DNA of 64,000 bases, taken from positions 66,588,001-66,652,000 of the forward strand of contig OX597820.1 of assembly GCA_951406725.2 (NCBI GenBank), in the 5' to 3' direction. Source of the DNA: Octopus vulgaris. Its lineage: Eukaryota. Shown in pieces: positions 63,661 to 64,000 of the stretch (position 1 is its first letter; each line of letters opens with the position of its first letter). Position numbers and translations under genes: made by a program. The notes under the pieces are model-generated. The model saw nothing but the letters and a program-made list of their open reading frames with translations, ran no database searches and was not told the origin of the DNA.

Positions 63661-64000
63661 TATATATATATATATATGTGTGTGACCCCATTCAGTCATG
63701 AATGGCCGTGGGATTGCACCATGAAAGTTACCCTCCGAGGCACAAACCTGGGTAAGGCTGTTTTTATGGAAGACCAGCAGTTGCCCATACATACCAGCCT
63801 CTCCTCTGCATACCATTAATGTTTCTTTGAAAAGAGCTCAGAATTGTAGGACAAGAAGTAAAAAATTTTAATTTTTAACCAAAAAAATCAGTGATATATC
63901 ACTTTGTTAGGTAGAAAACAGAACTACTGAAATCAGTAAAGGTCAGTGTAACAAAATCAGAGTAAAATAACGTTTGTTAGTACTGGACTAAATTTGGTAA

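Noticed and set aside
51567-63819. Longer low-complexity ORFs such as 52250-52957, 55190-55846, 57847-58623 and 62483-63100
   Set aside because: Dominated by microsatellite translation; the unique parts show no recognisable protein motif or convincing splice-site pair.

Overview
Eukaryotic, AT-rich, microsatellite-saturated non-coding DNA. The SINE/LINE repertoire resembles a coleoid cephalopod (Octopus-like) genome; this is inference from repeat motifs. No confident host protein-coding exon is visible, and almost all ORFs in the track are artefacts of (TA)n, (CA)n, (GA)n, (AAT)n, (CAT)n and (AGT)n repeats. The main feature is a 6,146-bp full-length Helitron on the minus strand (44814-50959) with canonical ends (5'-TC, 3' hairpin plus CTAG, A^T target). 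Its intronless ~1,620-codon RepHel frame has an NLS-like start, nine exact 23-aa STPR-like repeats, a Zn-finger, an HUH/Y2 Rep domain and a Pif1 helicase, and is broken by two TGA stops and one frameshift. The Helitron sits in the tail of a CR1-group LINE that itself contains a second CR1-group LINE. The rest of the window holds many tRNA-derived SINEs, RTE LINE remnants, Dong/R4-like fragments in (TAA)n, piggyBac-like TTAA MITEs, a strong candidate recursive splice site at 16670 and a few weak exon/promoter candidates. Boundaries of dispersed repeats are approximate.
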